Position numbers and translations under genes: made by a program. A stretch of DNA of 64,000 nt from Candidatus Latescibacterota bacterium (lineage in GTDB: Bacteria; Latescibacterota; UBA2968; GCA-2709665): positions 1,472,001 to 1,536,000 of the forward strand of contig OZ244937.1 in assembly GCA_965222075.1 (NCBI GenBank), given 5' to 3'. The notes under the pieces were generated by a model. The model had not been told where the DNA came from. It saw only the letters and a program-made list of their open reading frames with translations, and made no database searches. Each line of letters starts with the position of its first letter. The first letter of the stretch is position 1. Shown in pieces: positions 1-8,252 of this stretch.

Positions 1-63
1 TTTTCTCTCTACAATCTATTAGATGATCCTGACCCACAATTTGTTTCCGAATGGCCCCATTGA
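1..63 (+). CDS. possible 3' end of an upstream gene (partial)
   Basis: Open frame FSLYNLLDDPDPQFVSEWPH* ending in TGA at 61-63, convergent on the hairpin at 99-128; too short to identify. Confidence 0.25.
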   Translation, partial: FSLYNLLDDPDPQFVSEWPH

Positions 64-98
64 CCAGACGCGTAATACACTTTCTTCAAAAAATAATA

Positions 99-128
99 AA
101 GGGTTATGACGCTTTCGTCATAACCCTT
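99..128 (-). terminator. intrinsic terminator downstream of tRNA-Arg
   Basis: Perfect 13-bp stem AAGGGTTATGACG-cttt-CGTCATAACCCTT followed on the minus strand by TATTATTTTTT. Confidence 0.75.
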
Positions 129-296
129 CTGGTTTGACATGGTGGGACATACAGGATTCGAACCTGTGACCTCTGGTTCCGGAGACCAGCGCTCTATCCA
201 GACTGAGCTAACCCTTCTGGTTTGACATGGTGGGACATACAGGATTCGAACCTGTGACCTCTGGTTCCGGAGACCAGCGCTCTATCCAGACTGAGC
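121..296. repeat. 88-bp tandem direct duplication (121-208, 209-296) covering most of the tRNA and its 3' flank
   Basis: TAACCCTTCTGGTTTGACATGGTGGGAC...GACTGAGC occurs twice back to back. Confidence 0.95.
140..211 (-). pseudogene. 5'-truncated copy of tRNA-Arg(CCG)
   Basis: Identical to the intact tRNA but the first six acceptor-strand bases GGGGCA are replaced by GAAGGG, so the acceptor stem cannot form properly. Confidence 0.8.
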
Positions 297-305
297 TAAT
301 GCCCC
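228..305 (-). tRNA. tRNA-Arg(CCG)
   Basis: Reverse complement GGGGCAT-TA-GCTC-AGTCTGGATA-GAGC-G-CTGGT-CTCCGGA-ACCAG-AGGTC-ACAGG-TTCGAAT-CCTGT-ATGTCCC-A-CCA folds as a full cloverleaf; anticodon CCG; encoded CCA. Confidence 0.97.
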
Positions 306-319
306 GCGCTCAAATCCGT

Positions 320-415
320 CTAACGGTCCCGCTTTTTATGCCGGTCTCTTCTCCGGCGCTTCTTCCGTTTGTGCGTCGCAATCTTCCGCCGTTTTCGCTT
401 TCTTCCACAGGGCAA
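320..415 (-). CDS. small basic ribosomal protein bS22 / AURKAIP1-COX24 (mS38-like) family, 31 aa
   Basis: Manually translated MPCGRKRKRRKIATHKRKKRRRRDRHKKRDR; TTG start with AGGAGGTG RBS 5 nt upstream; resembles Bacteroidota bS22 (MPxGKKRKRHKxATHKRKKR). Not in the ORF track. Confidence 0.85.
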   Translation of the reverse strand: MPCGRKRKRRKIATHKRKKRRRRDRHKKRDR

Positions 416-448
416 TAGAACACCTCCTCTTGTGACTGTCGATATGTG

Positions 449-742
449 TCAACGCTCGCCCCTCTGGCCCCCCTCCACACCGGATCGAAGTTCCCGGGAG
501 GGCTTGAAAACCGGCACAGACCGTTCAGAAATCTTCACGACCTCGCCCGTCTTGGGATTTCTTCCGGTCCGGGAAGCCCGGGTGACCACCTTAAAGGTCC
601 CAAAGCCTCGAATTTCGACGTGTTCCCCCTTCTGCAGTGCCGAACTCACAGAGGAAAGGAATCCTTCAACCACAGTGGCCGTATCGGTCTTGGTCAGTCC
701 GACCGCCTCTGCAATCTGATTCACAATGTCGGCTTTGGTCAC
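449..742 (-). CDS. hup: HU/IHF family DNA-binding protein
   Basis: MTKADIV...VEIRGFGTF...RTGRNPKTGE...PVFKPS signature. Confidence 0.95.
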   Translation of the reverse strand: MTKADIVNQIAEAVGLTKTDTATVVEGFLSSVSSALQKGEHVEIRGFGTFKVVTRASRTGRNPKTGEVVKISERSVPVFKPSRELRSGVEGGQRGER

Positions 743-819
743 CTAAAACCCTTTCTTAATTCTTAACCATCAAGGAAATTTCTCCTCTGGCCGGATATGC
801 CTGAAAATCGATTGAGCGT

Positions 820-848
820 AAATTATGAAAATGGGGTACGTTTGTCAA
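820..848 (-). promoter_or_regulatory. candidate sigma70 promoter for hup-bS22-tRNA
   Basis: TTGACA (848-843), 17-nt spacer, TAATTT (825-820). Confidence 0.45.
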
Positions 849-1011
849 TAGAAATCGCCCTGGACCGCCTCCGGGTCCATCACTACGGAGATCTTCCGAG
901 AAAGCCCACGCATCCATTGGTGGCATTTCCCTTGCATTCCTGGATAGAGTCCGTATATTTTTTCGTAAATCGGCTGGTGGGTGAGCCAGGATCTGAGTTG
1001 AGGGAATTGCA

Positions 1012-1458
1012 ATGGAAAGTCAAATTTATGACGTCAGCGGTGGTGTTCATCGCATGTTTCGTGTGTTCATCTTTCTTTTTGGAGCTACAACCATTATGAA
1101 CGGTGTTATGGGTCTTCGTCGCGGAGACCTCATATTTGGTATAATTATGTCAGTCTGTGGACTTATTTTCGCCGTGCCGGCCTTTTTTATTCATTATATC
1201 GATACGTATAAGATTACGCTCCAAGATGAGTGTTTGAAGTTTAAGCGAAGTCCGTTTAGGGAACGTGTTTTACCTTGGGATGATATTTCCATCATTCGGG
1301 TCAAATGGCTTAGTTTAGATATTGAATTAAAGACCGGGAAGATTGAGAAGATCAATTTTTCTGACTGGGGCTATGAGAAGAATCAAACCGTGAAACCAAT
1401 ATTCCTTTCAGATTTAAAGAAATATGCTCAGGCGAAAGGAATAGAAATAGTAGAGTAA
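1012..1458 (+). CDS. hypothetical membrane protein (two TM helices plus soluble, possibly PH-like domain)
   Basis: Two hydrophobic N-terminal segments then a beta-rich region (LPWDDISIIRV); AT-richer than flanks; GAGGG RBS. Confidence 0.6.
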   Translation: MESQIYDVSGGVHRMFRVFIFLFGATTIMNGVMGLRRGDLIFGIIMSVCGLIFAVPAFFIHYIDTYKITLQDECLKFKRSPFRERVLPWDDISIIRVKWLSLDIELKTGKIEKINFSDWGYEKNQTVKPIFLSDLKKYAQAKGIEIVE

Positions 1459-1565
1459 AGAAATCGCTCGAATCGGCGGATTCGCGTGAAAGGCCCAGGC
1501 GACTTCAGGTAACATCGGCTTCAAGTTCACCACCTTCCCACCCCCCCACAACCTAAAGATGATGA

Positions 1566-1883
1566 ATGGATATTCAGAACATCATTCAAGCTATAGAATC
1601 GCAACAATACCGCATCACTGATCATGCAGATGAAGAAGCTCAATCGGATCAGCTGAAGTTTGAAGAAATATTCTATTCCGTACGCAATGGCGAAATTATT
1701 GAAGATTATCCAACGGATCATCCCTACCCAAGCTGTCTGATATATGGTTCAAATGCAGAAGGAGCACCCATACATAGTGTTTGGGCCTACAATGAGGCGA
1801 ATCAATGGGCAGTTTTGATCACAGTTTACTGCCCTGACTCAACACGTTGGATAAATTGGCGTGAAAGGAGAAAGGATTTATGA
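1566..1883 (+). CDS. DUF4258 family protein (putative toxin)
   Basis: YRITDHA...GEIIEDYP.D..YPSCLIYG...PIHSVWAY...LITVY.PD...W pattern. Confidence 0.85.
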   Translation: MDIQNIIQAIESQQYRITDHADEEAQSDQLKFEEIFYSVRNGEIIEDYPTDHPYPSCLIYGSNAEGAPIHSVWAYNEANQWAVLITVYCPDSTRWINWRERRKDL

Positions 1884-2125
1884 AGCCATTTGATCAATGC
1901 CCGGTATGTGGTGGCGAACTTGGAGAAAAAGAGGTCGAGAAGGTTTTACGAGGCGGGAATCATACTGCAATCTTAACCGTTCAAGCTGAAGTTTGTCTGC
2001 ATTGTGGTGAACGTCTTTATACGCCGGAGGCTATAAACCGTTTTGAGGAGATTAGATCAAAATTAGAACGGGAAGAAATCGCCGATTTTCAACCTGTTGG
2101 TCAAGCCTTTCAAGTAACACCATAG
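1880..2125 (+). CDS. YgiT-type zinc finger protein (MqsA N-terminal-like, putative antitoxin)
   Basis: CPVCGG...AEVCLHCGERLY; ATGA overlap with the DUF4258 gene. Confidence 0.85.
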   Translation: MKPFDQCPVCGGELGEKEVEKVLRGGNHTAILTVQAEVCLHCGERLYTPEAINRFEEIRSKLEREEIADFQPVGQAFQVTP

Positions 2126-2175
2126 GTTGTGGGTTCTCTACGGTGACAATCGAATCCAAAGCGGGAGGATACAAA

Positions 2176-2217
2176 CCATGGGCGTCATCACGATCTCCAT
2201 GGGCGTCATCACGATCT
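2176..2217 (+). repeat. 21-bp tandem duplication at the gene start (MGVITIS twice)
   Basis: CCATGGGCGTCATCACGATCT repeated at 2176-2196 and 2197-2217. Confidence 0.95.
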
Positions 2218-2903
2218 CCAGGGAATACGGCAGCGATGGCCACACGGTCGCACGCAAGGCGGCGGACAGGTTGGGCTACCTCTGTATGGACAAGGAACTG
2301 ATCGTGGAAGTGGCCCGCCAGGCGCAGGTCCCCGTATCCGAGGTGGAACGCTTCGACGAACAACCGGAACACCCCGCGCTACGCGTGCTCAGAAAGTTTC
2401 TGACACCGGGGTATCCCGACGCCCTAACCGGCCTGTCGGAGTACGAATGGTGGGCCACGGTCACGGTCCCCGAATTCACCGGCCGGGGAGACCGGACGCT
2501 CTCCGTCTTAGACGAAGAGGCCTACGTGAAGCTGACACAGGACGTCATCTTACGCCTGGCGAACCGCGGCAATGTCGTCCTTGTGGGACGCGGCAGCCAG
2601 GCGCTCCTGACCGGTCGATCCAATGTCCTGCATGCGCGCATCGTGGCCCCTGTGGACTACCGAATTCGGACCACGATGGAGCGGGACGGCCTGGAGCGCC
2701 AGGACGCGGCCAGACGGATGCAGAAGGTGGACGAGCAGCGAAAGCGCTACGTCAAGCGGCACTACGGCATCAACCGGAACGTTCCGCAACATTACCACCT
2801 CACCGTCAACACGGCCCAGATCGGTGTGGAGGGCGCAGCCGACATCGTCGTGGAGGCCACGCGCCACCTGCCGATGGAACGGGGCTATTATCCGCAGGGA
2901 TGA
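2178..2903 (+). CDS. cytidylate kinase-like family protein
   Basis: VITISREYGSDG P-loop-like motif, VVLVGRG, D..RKRY, YHLTVNT; GGAGG RBS before ATG 2178. Confidence 0.9.
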   Translation: MGVITISMGVITISREYGSDGHTVARKAADRLGYLCMDKELIVEVARQAQVPVSEVERFDEQPEHPALRVLRKFLTPGYPDALTGLSEYEWWATVTVPEFTGRGDRTLSVLDEEAYVKLTQDVILRLANRGNVVLVGRGSQALLTGRSNVLHARIVAPVDYRIRTTMERDGLERQDAARRMQKVDEQRKRYVKRHYGINRNVPQHYHLTVNTAQIGVEGAADIVVEATRHLPMERGYYPQG

Positions 2904-3014
2904 ATGCCAGACAAAGGGACCGTACGTATTCCTACCCAAAAAGAAGGCCCCGAAGAAAATCCTTCGGGGCCTTGCCTGCTTCCAGGGACGCAGACCGCAG
3001 AGATCACAAAAGTT

Positions 3015-3458
3015 TTACGCTCTTCCCTTCTCCAACATCCCCACCAGCATCTCCAGCGCCGCAATATATCCCCGCCACTTAAACCCCGCGATCTGTCCGA
3101 CCGCCACTGCCGAAATACACGAACACCGCCGGAACTCCTCCCGGGCGTGGATATTGGACAGGTGCACCTCCACGGTCGGCAGCCGGCTGTCTTCAATCGC
3201 ATCCCGGAGCGAATACCCGACCCCGGTCAGCCCCGCGGGATTGACAATCATCCCCTGCACATTTTCTCGTTCGGCCTGGATCTTATCCACCAGATCGCCC
3301 TCGTGGTTCGACTGGAGAAACACCAGCTCGCAGCCCAACTCGCCGGCCTTCTCCGCCATCTGTCGGTGAATCTCCTCCAGCGGCATCACCCCGTAGTGTT
3401 CGGCCTTCCGTTTGCCCAGCATATTCAGATTGGGCCCCTGCAGGACAAGGATCACCAT
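3015..3458 (-). CDS. aroQ: type II 3-dehydroquinate dehydratase
   Basis: ILVLQGPNLNMLGKR..YG, QSNHEG, NPAG, EVHLSNIHAREEFR; start reassigned to ATG 3458. Confidence 0.95.
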   Translation of the reverse strand: MVILVLQGPNLNMLGKRKAEHYGVMPLEEIHRQMAEKAGELGCELVFLQSNHEGDLVDKIQAERENVQGMIVNPAGLTGVGYSLRDAIEDSRLPTVEVHLSNIHAREEFRRCSCISAVAVGQIAGFKWRGYIAALEMLVGMLEKGRA

Positions 3459-3522
3459 TGGCTGCTCCCCTGAAAAGCGTTCATTCTCCATTTCGGTGCT
3501 GCCATTGTCTGATCTCCTCCTC

Positions 3523-3584
3523 AACATGGATGGACAGGATAGACAGGATAAGGAAAAATCCTGTTCATCGTGTGTATCCATGTT
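3523..3584. repeat. REP-like imperfect palindrome
   Basis: AACATGGATGGACAGGATAGACAGGAT-aaggaaaa-ATCCTGTTCATCGTGTGTATCCATGTT between manC and aroQ. Confidence 0.7.
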
Positions 3585-3592
3585 CCGGAATT

Positions 3593-4672
3593 TCATGTAT
3601 ACATTTCGTACCGCCCCTCCTGGTTCAGCCGCTCCACCACATCCTTCACCCGCTGCGCCCCGTCCCGCCGGCAGATCAGGAGCGCATCGGGTGTATCCAC
3701 CACAACCAGGTCCTCCACGTCAACCAGCGCAATCAGCTTTCCGGTGGGACCGCAGGCCGTCACGCGTCGCGCATCGAGCGCCAGGATCTCGCCCGAAAAG
3801 AGGCTGCCCTCCGCATCGGTCGGCAGCACATCGGTCAGCGCCCCCCAGCTCCCGATGTCGCTCCAGTCGATATCGGCCTCCAGTGTGGCCACCCGCTCTG
3901 CCCGTTCAAGAATGGCATAATCAACGGCAACCTCCGCCATCTTCGGATATTCCCGCGCGATCGTCCCGGCCTCTTCCGGCGTCCCCACGGCGCGCTGGAT
4001 CTGCATCAGGATCTCATAAATCTCCGGCTCAAACCGTCTAAAAAGATCCAGCACCGTCCCTGCCTTCCACACGAACATATTGCTGTTCCAAAGGTACTGC
4101 CCACTCTCCGTATAGGCCCTGGCCCGCGCCTCGTCCGGTTTCTCCGTAAACGCCTCAACCGCATAGACCGGCTCTGCCTCAACCCGCTTCAGCACCTCCC
4201 CTTTCCGGATGTGTCCGTAGCCCGTCTCCACCCGCGTTGGCACCACGCCAATGGTAAAAAGCGTATCGGGCGTCTCCTCCAGCGCGGCCCCGGCAACCCG
4301 AAGCAGGCGGCAGAATTCGTCTGGCCTTCCAATATGGGCGTCCGATCCGAGGCTGGCAACGGTGCAGCCGGGAAAACGCGCCTCTAAAAGCGCGCATTCC
4401 AGCCCCACGGCCGGACCGGTATTGCGCAGCGCCGGTTCCACGATCAGACACTCGGCCGGAAGGTCGGGAACCTGTTCACACACGAGGGAAACCAGATTGA
4501 CGCCCGTAGAGACGAACAGATCCCCCGGGCCTACCAGCGGGCCGATGCGGTCCACGGCCTCCTGGAGCATCGTGCGGTCGCCGACCATCGCGTGGAACTG
4601 TTTGGGGCGGTCTTTCCGGCTATAAGGCCACAGGCGCGTGCCCACCCCCCCGGCACGGATAATGACTTTCAT
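3593..4672 (-). CDS. manC: mannose-1-phosphate guanylyltransferase
   Basis: AGGVGTRLWPYSR..PKQF, EP..RNTGPA, ETGYGHI, FTEKPD, WNS.MF, WSDIGSW. Confidence 0.92.
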   Translation of the reverse strand: MKVIIRAGGVGTRLWPYSRKDRPKQFHAMVGDRTMLQEAVDRIGPLVGPGDLFVSTGVNLVSLVCEQVPDLPAECLIVEPALRNTGPAVGLECALLEARFPGCTVASLGSDAHIGRPDEFCRLLRVAGAALEETPDTLFTIGVVPTRVETGYGHIRKGEVLKRVEAEPVYAVEAFTEKPDEARARAYTESGQYLWNSNMFVWKAGTVLDLFRRFEPEIYEILMQIQRAVGTPEEAGTIAREYPKMAEVAVDYAILERAERVATLEADIDWSDIGSWGALTDVLPTDAEGSLFSGEILALDARRVTACGPTGKLIALVDVEDLVVVDTPDALLICRRDGAQRVKDVVERLNQEGRYEMYT

Positions 4673-4693
4673 CCAAACCTCCTGTTTCGCATC

Positions 4694-7681
4694 CTATGCT
4701 TCGAGGGAATCGTTCACCTCAACCCGTCTGGCTACGTCGCCTTCCCCAAAATCGTAAATATCGAACGCCATCCTGCCGTCGTTGTTTCCATCCACCGGAA
4801 AGGCCGCACACACCTCTGGTGGCGCATCCAGCACGATGGCGCCCTCTTCAACGCGCACGACCCGGAGTTCCTTCCCCGCCTCGTTCACAATCCGCGCCCC
4901 TCGACATTGCGCCCGAATCGGATCCTGGATCACGATATCCGTGTCGTAAAACAGGCGTGTCCCTTCGCTCGCGCCGGTCAGACCCCCTCTGGCAACGCGC
5001 AGATCGGTCCACCGGTCGCCGATCCTCACCCGGCCGTCCGGCAAAACCGCATCCACCCGGTAAAACGTGTTGCGGTCCAGATCGTTTTCAAAAATCAGCA
5101 GATCGCCCTGGGCAACCGATGCCGCCTGATTCAGCACAATGGTCCGCGATGCTCGATCCACCGCGCACACAGGTCCGGCCGCACACAGACGGGCCGTGAC
5201 CTCTCGCAGGGTCGCGCCGTCGGAACCCAACGCCTGAAAACGGACGGCCTCGCCTCCGGCTTCTACCTTCCATCCGCTGCCATCTTTGAAATCAATACTC
5301 AGACTGCGCTCAGCCGGATCGAACCGGACATCCGTAACATCGGCCCGGCCCTGATGCGGCTCCACCACAGCGCGAAAAAACGACTCGGTTCCAGCGTCGC
5401 CGTCCATGTGCCCTGCTCGGGCGATCAGAAAAGGCAATTGGGTATTCTTTGAGGGCGTGCTGGGGGCCGTCGGGCCCTCGCCCACCACGAATTCCCCGGC
5501 GCAGCCGGTCGGCATCCAGAAATCGAGCTGCGTCTGTTCCCCGTCGCCTCTGGGGAACAAAACCTTCAGCGCCCCCCCGTTCTCGTCAACCTGCACCGGA
5601 CGCACGTTTGTCAGATACGCAAGACAGCGGTCCGTGCTGCCTTCAACAGGCTCGGCGTAGGGCACCGGCCTGCCGTACCACATCCCCTGCAGCGTCTCGA
5701 AGGCAGACTGCGCACCCGGTGTTGCGCCCTCAACAGCCACGCTTTGGGCGCCGTCCGCAGCGGCCCCGTGGAAACTGTAGAGGTGTTCCCTGCCGCCCCG
5801 TACCTGGAAGAAATCCACCACAAGGGGGACGCCGTCCGGCTTCTCGATAAAGCACAGCGTACGCCGATAGAGCGATGTAAGACCTTTGTACGAGCGCGGA
5901 GCACTGCCGGCGAACACCTTGAACCCGGGCCGGTCCACGAAAAGCTTCAACTCGCTCCGCTCGAAGTCACCGTCCATCCGCTGCCGGTCCACCGTCACCG
6001 TCCAGTGGGACAGCGTATGGTTCACCCAGTCATCACGCGTGGGAGATTTCAGGTTATCGGGATACCCGATGTCGGGCACCAGTGGGTAACCGAAACCGTA
6101 GAGAATCGGGTTGAACGTGTCGAAGTGGGTGTGGCTGCCGCCAAAGCCGTCGAACGTAACGAACAGGTCAAAGGGCGCCGCCCTGTTTTCGCCCCGCAGC
6201 ACGGCGTACCCCGCCCGGGTCACGGTGCTTGGGAAACGCGTCTGCGGAAACGCCTTCAACGCATCCTGGAGGACTGCGGCCTTCTCGTCGCCGTAATCGG
6301 CCAGAAGCCCTTCAAACGTCTTGAACGCCGGGCCGGCAGATGAACCGCCCATCCAGACGAGGGGCCACAGCAGGCGCGGGTCTTTGTATTCCAGGTACGC
6401 GTCCGCGTACTCATCAACGCTGAAGCCGGGCCGCTTGCCCAGCTTTGGGAGCGGCTGTCCCCCCGCGTCGTCCGTATTGGGCAAAACCGCGTTATGGCAG
6501 ACCATCGACGGCGCAAACAGAAACCCCTTCACAACGCGTGGAGACATCAAGTTGGGATCGAAACGTCGAAGCCGCGCAAACGTATTCCGCAGGGCGCGCA
6601 CACCCATCTGGCCGTAGCCGGGGATGGCGCCCTCGTAATAGGCCCCGTCGTTGGTAAACCAGTTGGTGGCGATGTCGTCCAGCGTCGAATGCACATAGTC
6701 GTAGTACTCCCGCTTGTCCAGCACAACAGCCAGCAGGCTCAACGTCTGCAGGTGGACCATCGTCGCATTGGCGTACCTGGGCCGAATCGCCCTATACATC
6801 TTCCCGTAATCGTGGAGCAGGTCCTGCTCAATACACGCCAGCAGGTCGGCCGCAGCCACCTTCCCGTCACCGTCGTAGTCGTGTTCCGGATCGTCCCCCC
6901 AGGGCCTGCCCGCACGCCCGTAGTCGAGGCGCAGCAGCGATTCGTCTGCCAGGATCGCGTCTTTGATCAAATCGTAGGCAAGCGCATAGCAATCCGTGTG
7001 GCGCGGCTCCCAGACATAGTCCATAATCTTGACATGGTGCGGAAATTCAAGGCCCACCCTGTCGTAGGAAGCGAAGTCTTCGCGCTTCACATGCGGAAAC
7101 ACGCTGGCAAGCCGCAGGAGCAGCACCGCAGCCGCATGCGCCGCCTGGGCCTTGCGCGGGTCTCCGTCTTCGGCAAGCAGATGCGCGACAGCCAGGTCCT
7201 TCACCAGGGGACCCAGCTTCATCCAGCGGCCCCAGCAGGCGTAGTGGGCATGGAAATAAAACTTCAAACCATAGGTCGGGTTGGGCTCTCCATCTACCAT
7301 TTGTCGCGTATCCAGCCACCCCTGTTCCTCCCTGGGCGAGTCGGGCGTGCCCGACTCGGGGAAATCCTCGTTCGGATACGTCTCTCCGGCGATGGAACAG
7401 GTGATCCTGTACGGCACGAACGGGTCTGCGCTCTGTGTAAAAACATACCGGCCGCCTCGGTGAACCGGGCAGCCGTAGATCACATCCCCCTCATGGACAA
7501 ACAACGAACGCTTAACCCTGGGATCGGGCACGAAATCGATAAGCCATTCGTCGTCGGCATTCAGCAGACGCTCGTCCGGCCCCCCCACGAGCCTCTCGCG
7601 CAGGGCCGCAGCCTCGGGATATCTGGCGCAATTTTTTGCCAGATTCGCGAATGCTTCAGGGCCGATTGTTCGAGGCGCCAA
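4694..7681 (-). CDS. heparinase II/III-like protein (about 995 aa, no evident signal peptide)
   Basis: DGAYYEG, SHTHFD, PDIGYP, NHTLSHWTVTVD, YRRTL, VVDFFQVRGG..H.YSFHG motifs; TTG start after AGGAGG. Confidence 0.75.
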   Translation of the reverse strand: MAPRTIGPEAFANLAKNCARYPEAAALRERLVGGPDERLLNADDEWLIDFVPDPRVKRSLFVHEGDVIYGCPVHRGGRYVFTQSADPFVPYRITCSIAGETYPNEDFPESGTPDSPREEQGWLDTRQMVDGEPNPTYGLKFYFHAHYACWGRWMKLGPLVKDLAVAHLLAEDGDPRKAQAAHAAAVLLLRLASVFPHVKREDFASYDRVGLEFPHHVKIMDYVWEPRHTDCYALAYDLIKDAILADESLLRLDYGRAGRPWGDDPEHDYDGDGKVAAADLLACIEQDLLHDYGKMYRAIRPRYANATMVHLQTLSLLAVVLDKREYYDYVHSTLDDIATNWFTNDGAYYEGAIPGYGQMGVRALRNTFARLRRFDPNLMSPRVVKGFLFAPSMVCHNAVLPNTDDAGGQPLPKLGKRPGFSVDEYADAYLEYKDPRLLWPLVWMGGSSAGPAFKTFEGLLADYGDEKAAVLQDALKAFPQTRFPSTVTRAGYAVLRGENRAAPFDLFVTFDGFGGSHTHFDTFNPILYGFGYPLVPDIGYPDNLKSPTRDDWVNHTLSHWTVTVDRQRMDGDFERSELKLFVDRPGFKVFAGSAPRSYKGLTSLYRRTLCFIEKPDGVPLVVDFFQVRGGREHLYSFHGAAADGAQSVAVEGATPGAQSAFETLQGMWYGRPVPYAEPVEGSTDRCLAYLTNVRPVQVDENGGALKVLFPRGDGEQTQLDFWMPTGCAGEFVVGEGPTAPSTPSKNTQLPFLIARAGHMDGDAGTESFFRAVVEPHQGRADVTDVRFDPAERSLSIDFKDGSGWKVEAGGEAVRFQALGSDGATLREVTARLCAAGPVCAVDRASRTIVLNQAASVAQGDLLIFENDLDRNTFYRVDAVLPDGRVRIGDRWTDLRVARGGLTGASEGTRLFYDTDIVIQDPIRAQCRGARIVNEAGKELRVVRVEEGAIVLDAPPEVCAAFPVDGNNDGRMAFDIYDFGEGDVARRVEVNDSLEA

Positions 7682-7701
7682 AACGCTTCCTCCTATAGTA
7701 C

Positions 7702-8223
7702 CTACGCGAGTCCGTAGGCCGACGGCGCAAAGGTGACCGCGCGCAGCCGCCCCTCTCCGTCCGACGCGCAAACCCCGAAGCGGATGCCTGTCGCGCCCTC
7801 CGACATCGCACGGATCGCCAGCCCAAGCGCCCGGCCGGCGTTCTCGATCAGCGCCAGCTCCCCCACCCGGTTGACCTCAACCCAGTGCAGGCTCCCCTCA
7901 TCGCAGGGTCCTACATCGGCGCGATCCGTCCGGGCCGTACAGAAAACAAGCAGCGCAACATCGCCCCCTTCGGGCTGGGTCAGCACCACCTGGATCTTCA
8001 AATCGCTGACATCGCCCGCCGCAAGCCCGGTCTCCTCAAGTACCTCCCGCAGCGCAGCGCCCTCCAGGTCCGCCATCTCGTCCAGCGCCACCCGCCCGCC
8101 CACCCCGGTCCACAGGCCGGGCGCAAACCGTCGATCCTCAGACCGGCGCAGCAGGAGCACCCGGTTGTCTCGAAACAGGAAGACCGCAACATAAGCCTTC
8201 AGACCGGTGGCCATAAGCGACAT
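7702..8223 (-). CDS. NUDIX hydrolase
   Basis: GGRV..DE...AALREVLEETGL Nudix box. Confidence 0.9.
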   Translation of the reverse strand: MSLMATGLKAYVAVFLFRDNRVLLLRRSEDRRFAPGLWTGVGGRVALDEMADLEGAALREVLEETGLAAGDVSDLKIQVVLTQPEGGDVALLVFCTARTDRADVGPCDEGSLHWVEVNRVGELALIENAGRALGLAIRAMSEGATGIRFGVCASDGEGRLRAVTFAPSAYGLA

Positions 8224-8252
8224 TCCCGGGAATATCGTATCTCGTTATTTAG

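Noticed and set aside
121-296. Possible CRISPR array
   Set aside because: Only two adjacent units, no spacers, tRNA-derived sequence, no cas genes
227-418. 63-aa plus-strand ORF
   Set aside because: Antisense to tRNA-Arg and the bS22 gene; a shadow ORF
1459-1565. Possible integron attC between AT-rich genes
   Set aside because: No convincing RYYYAAC/GTTRRRY box pair with a long stem, and no integrase
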